This document shows, piece by piece, positions 31,910-43,024 of a stretch of DNA of 64,000 nucleotides. The notes beneath the pieces were generated by a model. The model saw only the letters and a list, made by a program, of their open reading frames with translations, made no database searches and was not told the origin of the DNA. The position numbers and the translations under genes were made by a program. The stretch comes from a virus: IMG/VR virus record IMGVR_UViG_3300046163_000033, positions 5,521-69,520 of that record, one strand, 5' to 3'. Every line of letters begins with the position of its first letter. Positions within the stretch are counted from its first letter, which is position 1.

Positions 31910-33074
31910 TTAGTTAAATTTCCGTTTTTTGATTGTCAATTTTGAAGAATCAATACCAGACACTGCTTTAACTTTAAACCCTCCAACAAAAACATCCTCA
32001 GGAGCTCTTGATCTTGGGTTAGTATCAACGTTGTTTGACTTAGCGGCAATATCTCTAATAGCATCGGACTTACCTTGCTCATAGAAATGCTGCGCTATAG
32101 TATCAGCGTGATCAGCAGCGTACATAGCTTTGTGATAACCTTTGACATCTGCAACATTACCTTTTTTATCCAGGAACTTCCCGATCGTATTATTAATGTT
32201 CGATTGACTATCGACAACATCATTAACGTTTTTAACTCCATATCTAAATTTCTTTTCACCAACGCTAAATTCAAAACCTTTGAACTCATTATTGAAATAA
32301 TCTTTAGTGTTAGACTTAAACGTCTCATGTTGTTGTTGAGCTGTGTTTTGCTCTTCGTTGTAGCGTTGAAAAAATCTACAGCCTTTTGTTGTTCTTGAGT
32401 AGTACCAGGTCTCAACTTGATCTCTTCGTAATACTTACCCTTTAAACCTTCTAAATGGCTTTTAGCTTTTGCAACCTCTTCTTTATATGCAAGTTTCTTC
32501 TTCGAATATCTCTTGCTTCATCTAACTCTTCATCAAACTCAAAGTTATCTTCTAATAGAAAATTAACTTCTTCTGAATTTAAGTGAGATTTAGTTTGTTT
32601 ATAATACTCTCTTAATAGAGTATCGTTATCTACATTAGAATAATCTGCATTTAATCTTACATAATCTTCTAATGTTCCACCTGTTTCTTTCATAAAGTCT
32701 ACGACTTTTTCGATGTTTTCAGGTAAATTAATATCTTGTTTTATTTCATCTGACACCTTTACTATTGGCTGTTCTGATGATTGTACCATTTCTTCACCTA
32801 TAGAAATTACCTCTTCTTCAGGTTCTTCTTTTATTTCTTCAATAATAGGTTTTTCTTCTTTGGATTCAGCAACCTCGCTGGACTCTTGCTTTTGTTCGTC
32901 TACATTTGTAGGTTCAGCTACAGGTGTATCTTTTACTTCTGTTTCTTTTACAGGAGTAATTTCTTCTTTTGGTTTAGATAAATCTACTTTAATAGTTTCA
33001 TCTTGTTTGCTTAATTGTTTAGGTTTTTTAAGTTTTACTTTAAAAGTACCTTCTTCTAGTGTTTCTTCTGACAT
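31910..33074 (-). CDS. Capsid scaffolding protein (several frameshifts)
   Basis: Very acidic N-terminus, GGTLEDYVRLN, and C-terminal IAQHFYEQGKSDA; lies between portal and capsid genes. Confidence 0.65.
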
Positions 33075-33102
33075 AATATAATATAATAAAAATTAATAAA
33101 AG

Positions 33103-35493
33103 TTACGCAGGCTGTTGCTGCATATCTGTGTTTTCAGGTGAAATACCTGAAGATTCAAAATTAGTAGGTGGAAGATCATTTTGTCTTTGGCTAATTAATT
33201 TTGATTGTTGTGTAGCTTGCATTTCAGTTCGTTTATCTTTACGATCTTCTATTTCAGCTTCTTTTTTCTGTGTTTGCATCTACATCCATTTGTTTAAGTT
33301 TCATATCGTACTCAAATTCTTGAGCCATTAATTGTAACTTAAGTTGGTTTTCAGTTTGCATTCTTTGAATTTCAAACTGGGATTTTGCTTGTTCTATTTG
33401 TGTTTGAGTTTGAGCTAAAGCTTCACTTTTCTGTACTTCTTGCATAGAAGCTCTTTCAGATGCTTCAGCATTTGAATCAGCTTGTGCTTGTATATTAGCC
33501 ATTTGAGCTTGTTGATCAGCTTCTTGCTTTTTAACTCTTTTGTATTTTAATACTTGATTAGCTAATGTTAAGTTTCTTATTTCTCTAATATCAATAGCAT
33601 CTTCAAGATATATTTGATTTTGTTGTAAAGCCATTTGAATATTTTGCTCAAGCATAGCTTTTTCTTCTTCTTCTGGTTCTAAATCTAAGTATATACCAAA
33701 ATCATAAAGATGTAAATCATCTATTTCATGCAATGTTGCTACATTAAATTTACCTATTGCAGCTTTTAAAGCGTTGTTAGTTAAATCAAAATCAAGCATA
33801 TCGGCTATTCTTAAAGATATGTTTTCACACGTTCTTAATGTTAGATATAAACTAGCATTAAAATATGTTTAGTAGCTATATTAGAAGCATTGGCAGCCAT
33901 TTTTTGCAATCCGACTAAAGCGTCCTTGTCTGGTAAACTGCCGTCTCGTGCTTCATTAAGACCTGTTACGTCTCTTATCATCTGTAAATAATACTGATAA
34001 GTATTAATTAGAGATGCTATTTTTCCATTAGCACTAGATGTTTGTAATTCTTGAATAGGTACTTTACCTCTATTAGGATCACCATCCTGTGTCAACGATC
34101 TACCAACTATACTACCAGTTTGAAATACATGTTTAACGCTTCCTGTGGATTATAATTAGTACCATTACCTAAATCAACTTCTGCTAAACCATCTACATCT
34201 ACAAACACACCATCTGGAACCATTCTAGCAATCACCTGTTGTAGCTTAAGTGATGTAAGCTGTATCATATCAGCAAAACCAGTTATACGTCCTACAAGTG
34301 AATCTATACGACCTTGATACATATGAGGCGCAACGATGTTGTAATTCATATTTACCTTAGTTAAATCACTTTTAGGTCTTGTCATATTCTCTGACATTTC
34401 CCATTTTAACATTTGTTCAACTCCCATAACTTTAGCTCCAGTAAACAATACTTCTATTGTTCTTGAAACTCTTTCAAAGTTATCATTTTCAGGTGGATTA
34501 AATGTATCTGGTTTTTCTAATACTTTTTCTAAACCATTATCTGTATTTTTAACTTTAAATACTTGGTCTATATAAGATTTATATTCAAAATAAATAACCT
34601 GAACTAAATCATTATCTGAATTAGGAGATCTCATATAGGCTTCTCTACCAGGATATTTTTGTATTTTTTTAAGTTCTTCGTTAGTTAAATTAGGAAATTC
34701 CTTTTTTAACTCAGGTATTGTAATAGATTTTATTTCACCTACATAATAAAGATCTTGAAAATTAGGATCATTTGTGTAGGAATAAACTAAATTAGCAGGA
34801 TCAACATAGTCAATCACCACTCCTTCAGCTTTGTTAAAACTAGTTTTTACAGCTCCAATACCTACTGTAACTATATCTTCTGTAACTCTTTTGTTAATTA
34901 ATTCGTATTTGTTAAAATCTAATACGTTGTTAATAACTTCTTCTTCAGCAATTTCTACAGATTGTTTGTAGTTTAATTGCATATGAACCTCAAGCTCTTC
35001 TTTTGACTGTGGTAAATTAGCAGGATCAACTACATTGTAAACATCTACACCTAGATTTTGTTGTATATTATCAAGCAAAGGCTTTGATAACATGTCTCTT
35101 AATATAGATGAAGCATAGTTAGTTCTTTGTTTTTGTGAAAAAGGATCTTGAGCGTAAGCTTTTATATCATAATTTTTGATGATATACCATTTACAACTAT
35201 ATCTACAAACTTAGGTATAATAGGCACTGGCTTCCAGTCTAAATTTAAATAAGATAAATCACCGTTTATTGATAATTCATCTTTATATTTTTGACAGGTT
35301 GTTCACCTCTAGCGTATAATCTTAATCTATTAAAGTTTTGAAAACCTTATTGCCAACTGTCCTGTTAACTCTTCCGCCTCTAAACCATTCGTATTCAATT
35401 GCCTTGCAACAAGTAAGCCATATCCCAACTACGCTTTTCTCGCGACAGGTACCACCTGATAGGAAACGAACTATTAGTACTCGTATTAATCAT
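33103..35493 (-). CDS. Portal protein (several frameshifts)
   Basis: About 795 codons when rejoined: LNLDWKPVPIIPKFVDIV, YLQMIRDVTGLNEARDG, Gln-rich C-terminus; directly after the terminase. Confidence 0.8.
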
Positions 35494-37693
35494 CTAATTA
35501 ATAATTTTTGAATTATAACCTTCGTTGTATACTTTACTAAAGTTTAACTAACTTTTTCTTTACTAATCGGCACAGGTTTATATTTATTTTTATTGCAAGC
35601 CATATAGCTAAGCCAGAGCTAATAGATGCATCGTGTTTTGTTCTTTTGTTTATATCAAATGCAGCCCAATCTTCTAATGTTCTTTGAAAATACATTGTAC
35701 CATATTGTTCATTGTTATAACCAACAAACATTTCAATATAAGATTCAATAGCAGCAGCATGAGCTTGTTTAACATCTTCACTAGAATTAGGTATACCACC
35801 TATTTCTTTTTCTGTAACAGATAATTTATGCATTGTTTTATCTGGTCTATTCATAGAGTAACCTCTGTAACCTCTTCTTTTAAAATGATATAACAATCTT
35901 GGCTTATTGTTTTCTGCGAGTATAGGCATACCATAAAATATACAAGCCATGAGTACATCTTCAAAAAATATTTCTGCAGTTTGAGGTCTAGCTATATATT
36001 CTAAAAAAAATAAATTAGGAGGCGCATCTTCCATGCTAAACTTAGTTAAACCGTGTAAAGATCCTTTTGATCCTCTACCATCTACTGTTCCTGATATATC
36101 ATAGCTATCACATCCAAAAGCTCCCATATGATCATTGCCAGGATATTTTCTATTATTTTTAACAAGTATTCTATTTTGTTGGTTTATATTTGGTATCCAT
36201 GAAACAAGAAATCTACCTTGTTTACTTGGTACAAACATAACTGTTGTATCTTGTATTCCTTCTTCCCACTGAAAATTACCCTGTGTGACAACATTAGAGT
36301 GTTTTAAATCTTCATTATAATCTATTTGCTCGTATATTTTTGTTAAATTAAACAAAGATTGTTTTGTTTCATCTCTGAATGCGTGTTTCTCAGTACGTGG
36401 AAACTGTCTATATAATTCATTAAGTGCATCAGGATCGTCCTTAAGACCTTCTACTTCATTTTCCCAGTGCTCGATAACACCGATTTCAATGGGGAAAGCC
36501 ATCTGGCCCTTCTTTAGGTTTTTGCGGTGTCTCAAAGACAGGTAATCCATAAGAATCAATGTATCCTTCGTAATTCCACTCCATAGGAATGAACAAGCTA
36601 TATAATCCCGAGCTAGTCTGCCCATTGCGGTTTCTTCTGGTAACGTCTGAGTCATCATATAATTTTTTATAATTTCTACCTCCTTTATCTAAAGCATTTG
36701 ACGTTGATCCCATCATACACTTACCTATAATTCTAGAACCTAATCGTAAACAAGTTTTTGTAACTCTCCAGTTATTTAATATATTGTCAGGTTTTTCCCA
36801 CTTACCAGATTCATCGTGTACAAGTAGTTTTAATTTTTCACCATCATAACTGTTATCTCCTGTATTTTTCCAGTCAATAGTTGTATCTAATCCTTCTAAT
36901 TCTTCTAACTGTTCGTTGCTATCTAGTTTACGTCTTGTAAATCTACTAGCTGGAACTCTGTATGCAAGTTCTGTTTTTGGCCGATCCATACCGTCTTGAA
37001 TCGGCTTGAAGAAAAACGGATAGTTGACGGAAATTGGTACGATTTTATCGGTAAACATTTTCTTTGCATCAGCCCCAGACTTTGATAAGACACCGTATCT
37101 AGCATCACTAGAGATAGTGGCAAGGTTGACAGTTTCGCCTGATGCCATGAATGAAAAACCAGACCGTCTGTTTTTGAGGTAGCACATTCCGTAGCAACGT
37201 TTATCTGCTTTACAAGCTTCCCAGAATATAAAGAATAATCTGTTTGCTTCTCTAAAATCTGCTTGCCCAACATCAATCTTGGACCACTGCAGGTACATGT
37301 AATGAGTACCAGTAATATAAGTAGCTTTACCTTTATTAGTGAACCAATAGCCTTCGTGGCGCCTAGCAAATTCTCTATCAATATATGCATACCATTTTTC
37401 TTTAAAATCATCTGGATATTGTTTCCAGTCAAATATTGTTTTAATCTTTTTTAATGCTTAGGATACTCGTGTACTTGCCACTTGTCGTAATCCTTGTTAA
37501 CATCTTTTTCTTTTGGTAATGCTATTTTAAGATTTTGTATTTCATAAACCTCACCTATCTGACCAGTTTTAGATATAACAATAACATCATGTTCTTTGTT
37601 ATAACCATACTCCCACTTTTTAGATTTGTTTAATCTTTTTATTACATGTGGTTTTATGTGGTCAATTACTTTATATAATGTTTGCTTATACAT
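35494..37693 (-). CDS. Terminase large subunit (several frameshifts)
   Basis: Walker A LKNRRSGFS, Walker B LLVHDESGKW, MGSTSN, and nuclease motifs GCDSYD, ENNK, HDASISSGLA. Confidence 0.88.
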
Positions 37694-37968
37694 TACTTAG
37701 ATCTTCTTTCTGCAAAACCTCCAAAAGCTTGCTTTTTCTTTTCTTCTTTTGGTTTTTCATTTAACATATCTTCCTCTTCTTTAATACGGTTAAGTATTTC
37801 GAAAGCATCAAATATAGCTAATTTTTTAGTTGCAGCAGCATTTTTTAATCTATCAGCCGATATATCATCATCAGAATCAACTATAGCTTCTTTTGCCACC
37901 TTAATAAGTTCCTCAACTGCTATGTGCCCAGCTAGGATTATATTCTGTTTCGTTTCCTTGACGTTCAT
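37693..37968 (-). CDS. Probable terminase small subunit
   Basis: Helical 91-aa ORF coupled (TAATG) to the large subunit; C-terminal GFAERRSK. Confidence 0.55.
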   Translation of the reverse strand: MNVKETKQNIILAGHIAVEELIKVAKEAIVDSDDDISADRLKNAAATKKLAIFDAFEILNRIKEEEDMLNEKPKEEKKKQAFGGFAERRSK

Positions 37969-38520
37969 ACTTAATTACAATATCATTTGATTTCATACAA
38001 TAAAGACGCTTGCCATCAACTACAAAATCAAACTCACCAAACGGTGAATAACCTACAAGGTCTCCCTCGTTGATTTTTAACGCTTCTAACGAACTATTAC
38101 CATATTTTAATATACCAACAAGGCGTTCTTCTAAATTAGCGTCTATATCATCATTGTTATGAATTGGACTTATAAAGCATCTATCGCCAAAAGCTTGCCA
38201 TCTGTCTTTAGATTTGTATAAATATACTTGATTTAATTGAACAAAATATAAACCATCTTTAAAATATGATCTTACTGTTTTTTCTCTTGTCCTCTTATAT
38301 CGTAAAAACTTCTAAATACATTATGATGAATCATAATTAAATCACCTGTTTTAATGGTGTTTTATAAGCTTTGGGTACAGCTATAACTTTAGCTATGTTA
38401 TTAACAGATTTAAAACTTTCTGACTGAGTGTTAATTATAAGGCTTTTGTCACCTACTTTAACTTCATTATTATATCGCTGGCCATAAGGCTCAACGATAA
38501 AAGTCAAATATACTTTTCAT
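37913..38520 (-). CDS. Tandem GroES-like (two cpn10-like domains) protein, frameshifted and missing from the ORF track
   Basis: Domain 1 has ...IAKVIAVP...GDLIMIHHNVF. Domain 2 has AFGDRCFISPI...VGILKYG...INEGDLVGYSPFGEFDFVVDGKRLYCMKSNDIV. Confidence 0.6.
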
Positions 38521-38750
38521 TAGTATTCTAAATCATACTCAACGGATATTGCCATGTTAGAGTTAAACTTTCTTCCACGGCAATACCTCGTTGTTTTTTT
38601 TAATGTAAATGTTATAAGAATTATCTTCTGCTGTCAAAGAGTATATGAGATATAGTGTGACCTCCATACACTGACTGAGTCAAAGAATAATGCATCGCAT
38701 CAGGTTTTGTAATCAGATCCGATGCTGATTTTTCTAATAACAGATGACAT
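38520..38750 (-). CDS. Hypothetical protein (frameshifted)
   Basis: MSSVIRKISIGSDYK...AMHY...SYNIYIKKNNEVLPW...NMAISVEYDLEY; coupled to both neighbours. Confidence 0.55.
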
Positions 38751-39004
38751 TACTCCTTAACTTCTTCTTCTTTTTCGATAGGAGTGTAAGAACCGTCTTC
38801 AAGATTAATATTAATCGAACCGTATTCTTCTTCTAGTTCTTTCTTAAAGTCTTCAGTTTGTTTGTTAACCTCATGGAACTTAGCTAATACTGCGGTTTTT
38901 TGGGCTTCTAAGAAACCTGTTTCATTTAAAAGTTTGTTTAACTCTTTTTGAAAATCTTGAATCTTTTCTAATTGGTCTTTGGAAATTGATTTTACTTCAC
39001 TCAT
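38750..39004 (-). CDS. Hypothetical coiled-coil protein
   Basis: 84-aa ORF ending EEEYGSININLEDGSY. Confidence 0.65.
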   Translation of the reverse strand: MSEVKSISKDQLEKIQDFQKELNKLLNETGFLEAQKTAVLAKFHEVNKQTEDFKKELEEEYGSININLEDGSYTPIEKEEEVKE

Positions 39005-39038
39005 TTTAATTTAATTTAATTGGTTATTAATGTATTAA

Positions 39039-39050
39039 TATAGTTACAGG
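39039..39050 (-). promoter_or_regulatory. Candidate phage promoter motif CCTGTAACTATA
   Basis: Intergenic, at the head of the packaging/head gene block. Confidence 0.55.
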
Positions 39051-39056
39051 TTTTAT

Positions 39057-39518
39057 TTATTTTTTAAATAAACTTGTAGCCTTTTTCTGTCGTGCGTCCG
39101 CCAAATAGGCTAACACAACAGACATCATTACTTTTTCAAATGTGTCGTTCCAGGTTACACCTATGTGAAACGGTATTGAATCTACACTGTCTAATAAGCC
39201 AGCAATAGAAAATATAACAATACACCACACTAATACTAGTGGGCGTACGTTTTTAGAAAGCCATGAATCTGACATTGAGTCAGCTTGCCACCTTGAGGTA
39301 ACAGCTTCCATCTCTTTATTTTGTTGTTCAAATATAAGTTGTTGTAATTTTATTTTATCTTCACCACTTACGTCAGATTTACCGATAGCAGCAATAGCTT
39401 CAGCTGGTGAAGTTACACCACTTAGTACACTACCTAACGCAGGGTTAACTAATGATGCAGCACCAAACAATAGTTTACCTACCGTTGTGTCTTTAAATTT
39501 CTTTTTAGGATCTGGCAT
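39057..39518 (-). CDS. Putative holin (3TM type)
   Basis: RWQADSMSDSWLSKNVRPLVL followed by TM helices; a shifted reading gives VLAYFGGR. Confidence 0.7.
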   Translation of the reverse strand: MPDPKKKFKDTTVGKLLFGAASLVNPALGSVLSGVTSPAEAIAAIGKSDVSGEDKIKLQQLIFEQQNKEMEAVTSRWQADSMSDSWLSKNVRPLVLVWCIVIFSIAGLLDSVDSIPFHIGVTWNDTFEKVMMSVVLAYLADARQKKATSLFKK

Positions 39519-39816
39519 AAGCTTCTTTTTCCCAAGGAAGATCTTTAGCACCTTCCTGCATTTGTGCTCTTGAGTAGCGTTTACCTCTCCAGTAAACCGC
39601 ACTGTCATCATAATCCAAATCACCTCGCTTCATTTGATCAATATGAACTTTTTCATGATTGATAACATCTTCAATTTGTTTTGGATCTTTAATATCTTTA
39701 CTTATTAAAATACTTCCATTTCTGTCTGCTTTTCCTAACACACCTTCCTCTAAACCTACATTGTAAATTGGTGTACTGTCATAAGTATACGGAGGGTTGT
39801 TTAGTTTAAATGCCAT
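39505..39816 (-). CDS. Small zincin-like metallopeptidase
   Basis: VINHEKVHIDQ HExxH motif and downstream LPWEKEAY. Confidence 0.7.
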   Translation of the reverse strand: MAFKLNNPPYTYDSTPIYNVGLEEGVLGKADRNGSILISKDIKDPKQIEDVINHEKVHIDQMKRGDLDYDDSAVYWRGKRYSRAQMQEGAKDLPWEKEAYARS

Positions 39817-39965
39817 TATTTTCCAGGAAACATTTTATTTAGTTTGTCTTTACGCTGTTGGCAGCCACAGGGTATATTTAAACCCTGTGACACTGCATCA
39901 ACAACTTTCTTAATACCAGTTGCTTTAGTGAAAGACTCTATTTTATCACCTAAGCCTCTATTCAT
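39816..39965 (-). CDS. Small protein with CGC motif (49 aa, not in the ORF track)
   Basis: MNRGLGDKIESFTKATGIKKVVDAVSQGLNIPCGCQQRKDKLNKMFPGK; TAATG-coupled on both sides. Confidence 0.7.
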   Translation of the reverse strand: MNRGLGDKIESFTKATGIKKVVDAVSQGLNIPCGCQQRKDKLNKMFPGK

Positions 39966-40348
39966 TATGCTTGTACGAATGATCTCCAGTACATTCTGTT
40001 TTTAGGAGTAGCTTGATCAAATCCTAAAATACATTTAGACTTAACACCTCCTGGGTTAGCAGTAAGTGAATAGTTGAAAGCCTCTTTTAAAGGTGCTCCA
40101 ATTGGAGTTACTGGAATGTTTCCAGCTCCTACAGCAGCTCCTGAATCTTTAATAGAAGCAACTAATGTTACAATATCAGCAGCACCTACTGGTGAATCTA
40201 ATAATACTGTTAAAGTACTTACGTCTGTTTGCGTGATTTCAATGATTTTATCTACATTGATTAGGTGTTCCCCTTCTCCAAATTGAGAAGCTCCAGCAAC
40301 ACCACTGTTTGTGTTATCAATTACATTGATAGAAATAAATTTTGCCAT
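39965..40348 (-). CDS. Hypothetical protein, probably structural
   Basis: 127-aa ORF, ALTANPGG-like motif (SLTANPGGVK). Confidence 0.65.
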   Translation of the reverse strand: MAKFISINVIDNTNSGVAGASQFGEGEHLINVDKIIEITQTDVSTLTVLLDSPVGAADIVTLVASIKDSGAAVGAGNIPVTPIGAPLKEAFNYSLTANPGGVKSKCILGFDQATPKNRMYWRSFVQA

Positions 40349-40393
40349 GTTTTTAATTTTTAGTTTGTTAATTGGTTAGTTTGTATTTATTTA

Positions 40394-40702
40394 TTATTTT
40401 ACTTTTTTTCTAGGTAGTTTACGCATTTCAGCTTTCATACCCATTTTAGGTTTAGCCGTGGGTTTGTCCATCATAGAAGCAGGTGATTCTTTTTTCTTTA
40501 TTCTTTTACCTACTCTATCCATTTTATCTTCTAGCTTGTACATTTTTTGCTCCTCTGCTTCACTAGTTTGACCCATTTCATAACGATCATAAAGTTCTTT
40601 ATGCTTAGCTGATAGCTTATCCATTCGTTTATTAGGATCTAATTTAAAAGGAGATCCTAAGTTGAACATTTTTGGATATTTAGTTGTTCCTGATTTTCCC
40701 AT
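40394..40702 (-). CDS. Small Lys/Met-rich protein
   Basis: 102 aa; GSPFK and ESPAS motifs. Confidence 0.6.
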   Translation of the reverse strand: MGKSGTTKYPKMFNLGSPFKLDPNKRMDKLSAKHKELYDRYEMGQTSEAEEQKMYKLEDKMDRVGKRIKKKESPASMMDKPTAKPKMGMKAEMRKLPRKKVK

Positions 40703-41019
40703 TATTTCTTATATTTTTTACCACCACTAAAACATCCTTTTTTAGTCGCAGGTGATCCTCCTTTTTCTTTAGCTGCTTTTTTCATAGGCTCATTAGTATC
40801 ACCATCACCATCTAAATCAATGTAATCAGGTTTAGCTTGGTGTATAGGATTTTTTTTACCTCCATAAGCTTTAGCAGGACTATCATGTTTACCATACATG
40901 TTCATTGCTGACGCGTGTTTAGCAACTGGATTATCTTTCATCAAGTTACTCTTTTGTTGTTTGTTCGATTCACCTCCATATGATATACTCATATTAGGTC
41001 TGTTCATTGAAAATCCCAT
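40702..41019 (-). CDS. Small Lys/Gly-rich protein with DxDxDG motif
   Basis: DSPAK, GSPATKK and PDYIDLDGDGD. Confidence 0.6.
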   Translation of the reverse strand: MGFSMNRPNMSISYGGESNKQQKSNLMKDNPVAKHASAMNMYGKHDSPAKAYGGKKNPIHQAKPDYIDLDGDGDTNEPMKKAAKEKGGSPATKKGCFSGGKKYKK

Positions 41020-41021
41020 AA

Positions 41022-41180
41022 TTAATGTTTAAAGTGTTTAGAGACCCAAGAACCTTTTTTTGAATCTGATTTAGAACCTGCTTGTGCATTTTCTGCATAA
41101 TGTTTTCTCGCGCTTTTTGATAGCGACTGGTTGCTAGCTTCCTTTACGTCGTAAGCTGTTTTCTTGCTAATGTTTGGCAT
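41022..41180 (-). CDS. Small basic protein (52 aa, not in the ORF track)
   Basis: MPNISKKTAYDVKEASNQSLSKSARKHYAENA...WVSKHFKH fills the gap. Confidence 0.55.
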   Translation of the reverse strand: MPNISKKTAYDVKEASNQSLSKSARKHYAENAQAGSKSDSKKGSWVSKHFKH

Positions 41181-41193
41181 AATATAATTTTTT

Positions 41194-41550
41194 TTATTTT
41201 TTTCCTTTATATAAGTCTCCTCCAGGTTTTAGTCTTTTAGCTAATGCTTTTCTAGGAGGAGTGCACGTTGCTTTTGTCATTGGTGTACAATAACCTTTAT
41301 GATCGGGGTTAATACCCATAAATCCTGTTTTGTAAAAAGGCGCTTTCTTTTGTAATGGTGGATTTTTTTTAGAATATCTTTTTGTTTTACCATATTCTAT
41401 ATCATCACCCTTTTTATTATATCTACCTTTTTCATAGCCATCATAGCTATAGTTTTCTTGACCTTGTTCTTTTACACCTCTAGCTCTTTCTCTTCTGGCT
41501 TGACGTAAACCTTTATTTGCTTTTCTAATATCTTTTCTTGATGGTTCCAT
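41194..41550 (-). CDS. Small basic protein
   Basis: 118 aa; INPDHKGYCTPMTKATCTPPRKALAKR. Confidence 0.6.
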   Translation of the reverse strand: MEPSRKDIRKANKGLRQARRERARGVKEQGQENYSYDGYEKGRYNKKGDDIEYGKTKRYSKKNPPLQKKAPFYKTGFMGINPDHKGYCTPMTKATCTPPRKALAKRLKPGGDLYKGKK

Positions 41551-42083
41551 TAGTCTAATGCTATTAAGTTAGTTAATCCACCTGAAACAGCAGTTACTTG
41601 AACAACCGATACTGGTAATACAAATCCAGCAGCAGGGTTAACAAATGTTAATTCTTGATTTGAAGAAGTTAAAACTGATATAGTAGAAGATGCAGGCGAA
41701 GTGCCTATATATAAATTATATTCTTTCCACGAGCTTTGAGCTATACTAAAAAAAGTTAAAGCTTGAGCAGCTGCAGTTTGAACAGGTTTATTAAGAGTAA
41801 CTGTTGTTGTTGTAGCTCCGTAAACAACTGATTCAACAATAACGTTATCATTAATTGAAACAGCAGGTACACCTCCAGATCCAGCAAGAGCTGTCATGTA
41901 CATACCTCTTTTTATAATTAAATTAAGGTTAGTTAGAACAAATGTTTTAGACGTAGCTGCATTAACAACACCCGCTTGAGCAACTGTTTCTATAACTTTT
42001 GCCGTGCCGTCTATTAAGTTAGTAGCACTTATAGTTGGTACAATACCTCCTTTATATGCTTCAGTGTAATAATTTCTAATCAT
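41550..42083 (-). CDS. Hypothetical beta-rich (probably structural) protein
   Basis: 177 aa; YNLYIGT...AGFVLPVSVVQV. Confidence 0.6.
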   Translation of the reverse strand: MIRNYYTEAYKGGIVPTISATNLIDGTAKVIETVAQAGVVNAATSKTFVLTNLNLIIKRGMYMTALAGSGGVPAVSINDNVIVESVVYGATTTTVTLNKPVQTAAAQALTFFSIAQSSWKEYNLYIGTSPASSTISVLTSSNQELTFVNPAAGFVLPVSVVQVTAVSGGLTNLIALD

Positions 42084-42108
42084 AATGTTTTATTTTTTTT
42101 TTTTTATT

Positions 42109-42384
42109 TTAACATTTCCACCTTCTTCTTGCAGCCTTACCTCTTTCACCAGTCCAACCTTTTGATCTTGCGCAGAATGATTTTCTTCTTTTAGCAGCCT
42201 TGCTACCTGGTTTTACTTTACCAGTAACGGCAGTTTTTAATTTACTACCTGGGTTTTCTGCTCTATATTTTTTTACTCCTGCTTTAGTCATACCAGCACC
42301 TTCTTCTGTTTTTCTAAAAGTTCTACCTTTACCTTTGGTAGTCTTTCTCATATCTAAGGGTCCGTTAGGTAGATTAAAAGCCAT
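42109..42384 (-). CDS. Small highly basic phage protein (RRKSFCAR...WKC type)
   Basis: GAGMTKAGVKKYRAENPGSKLKTAV...AAKRRKSFCAR...ARRRWKC. Confidence 0.7.
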   Translation of the reverse strand: MAFNLPNGPLDMRKTTKGKGRTFRKTEEGAGMTKAGVKKYRAENPGSKLKTAVTGKVKPGSKAAKRRKSFCARSKGWTGERGKAARRRWKC

Positions 42385-42545
42385 TATTTTTTCTTTTTAG
42401 AACCTACTTTAACACAGTTATTAACCATTTTTGGACTTCCATCAGGATTTTTCTTTCCACTAGGAGATTTCTTTTTACCTTTTGCTACATAACCTTTCCA
42501 GCATTTAGGCCCTTTCATCATTTTTTTAAGTAACGGTGTTGCCAT
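42384..42545 (-). CDS. Small basic protein with CWKGY...NCVK motif (53 aa, not in the ORF track)
   Basis: MATPLLKKMMKGPKCWKGYVAKGKKKSPSGKKNPDGSPKMVNNCVKVGSKKKK. Confidence 0.65.
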   Translation of the reverse strand: MATPLLKKMMKGPKCWKGYVAKGKKKSPSGKKNPDGSPKMVNNCVKVGSKKKK

Positions 42546-42547
42546 AA

Positions 42548-43012
42548 TTATATTATTCTATATTTTGTTTTTTTATTTTCTTTGTAAGCTTGTAAACATC
42601 TTCTTCTGTTAATGTCTTCAGACACATAACTTACATGTACCCAATCTGGATTATCCTCTGTTCCAAATTCCCAAATCATCTGATCATAATCTAAGTTATT
42701 TTTAATGTACTCATACATTTCTGCATTAGTTTTATAACCGTATGTATCATCTATATCAAGTGCACATCCTATACAATGTTGTGAGGTTGTACTTCCGCCA
42801 ATAGCAGAGTTCAATTTGGGTGAGCGATAGAAACTATTTATAGCGATTGGACCGCCTACCCATTTACGTAGAGGTTCAAACACTTTTTCAGCAATAGTTT
42901 TCATGTTAATTAAATCTAATTCTCTAGGTGTATTGTTAATACTTAACCTAGTAGCTGTGTGAGATTTAATACCTTCTTTCAGCGAGATGTGTTCACTTAT
43001 TCTATCACTCAT
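42548..43012 (-). CDS. Endolysin, peptidase M15 family
   Basis: INSFYRS..LNSAIGGSTTSQHCIGCALDI and WVHVSY zinc ligands. Confidence 0.88.
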   Translation of the reverse strand: MSDRISEHISLKEGIKSHTATRLSINNTPRELDLINMKTIAEKVFEPLRKWVGGPIAINSFYRSPKLNSAIGGSTTSQHCIGCALDIDDTYGYKTNAEMYEYIKNNLDYDQMIWEFGTEDNPDWVHVSYVSEDINRRRCLQAYKENKKTKYRII

Positions 43013-43024
43013 TTTAGTGAGTTT

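Noticed and set aside
33095-33110. Eighth copy of the promoter motif upstream of the scaffold gene (TGCGTAACTTTT)
   Set aside because: Only the GTAAC core matches, and it overlaps the portal stop codon.
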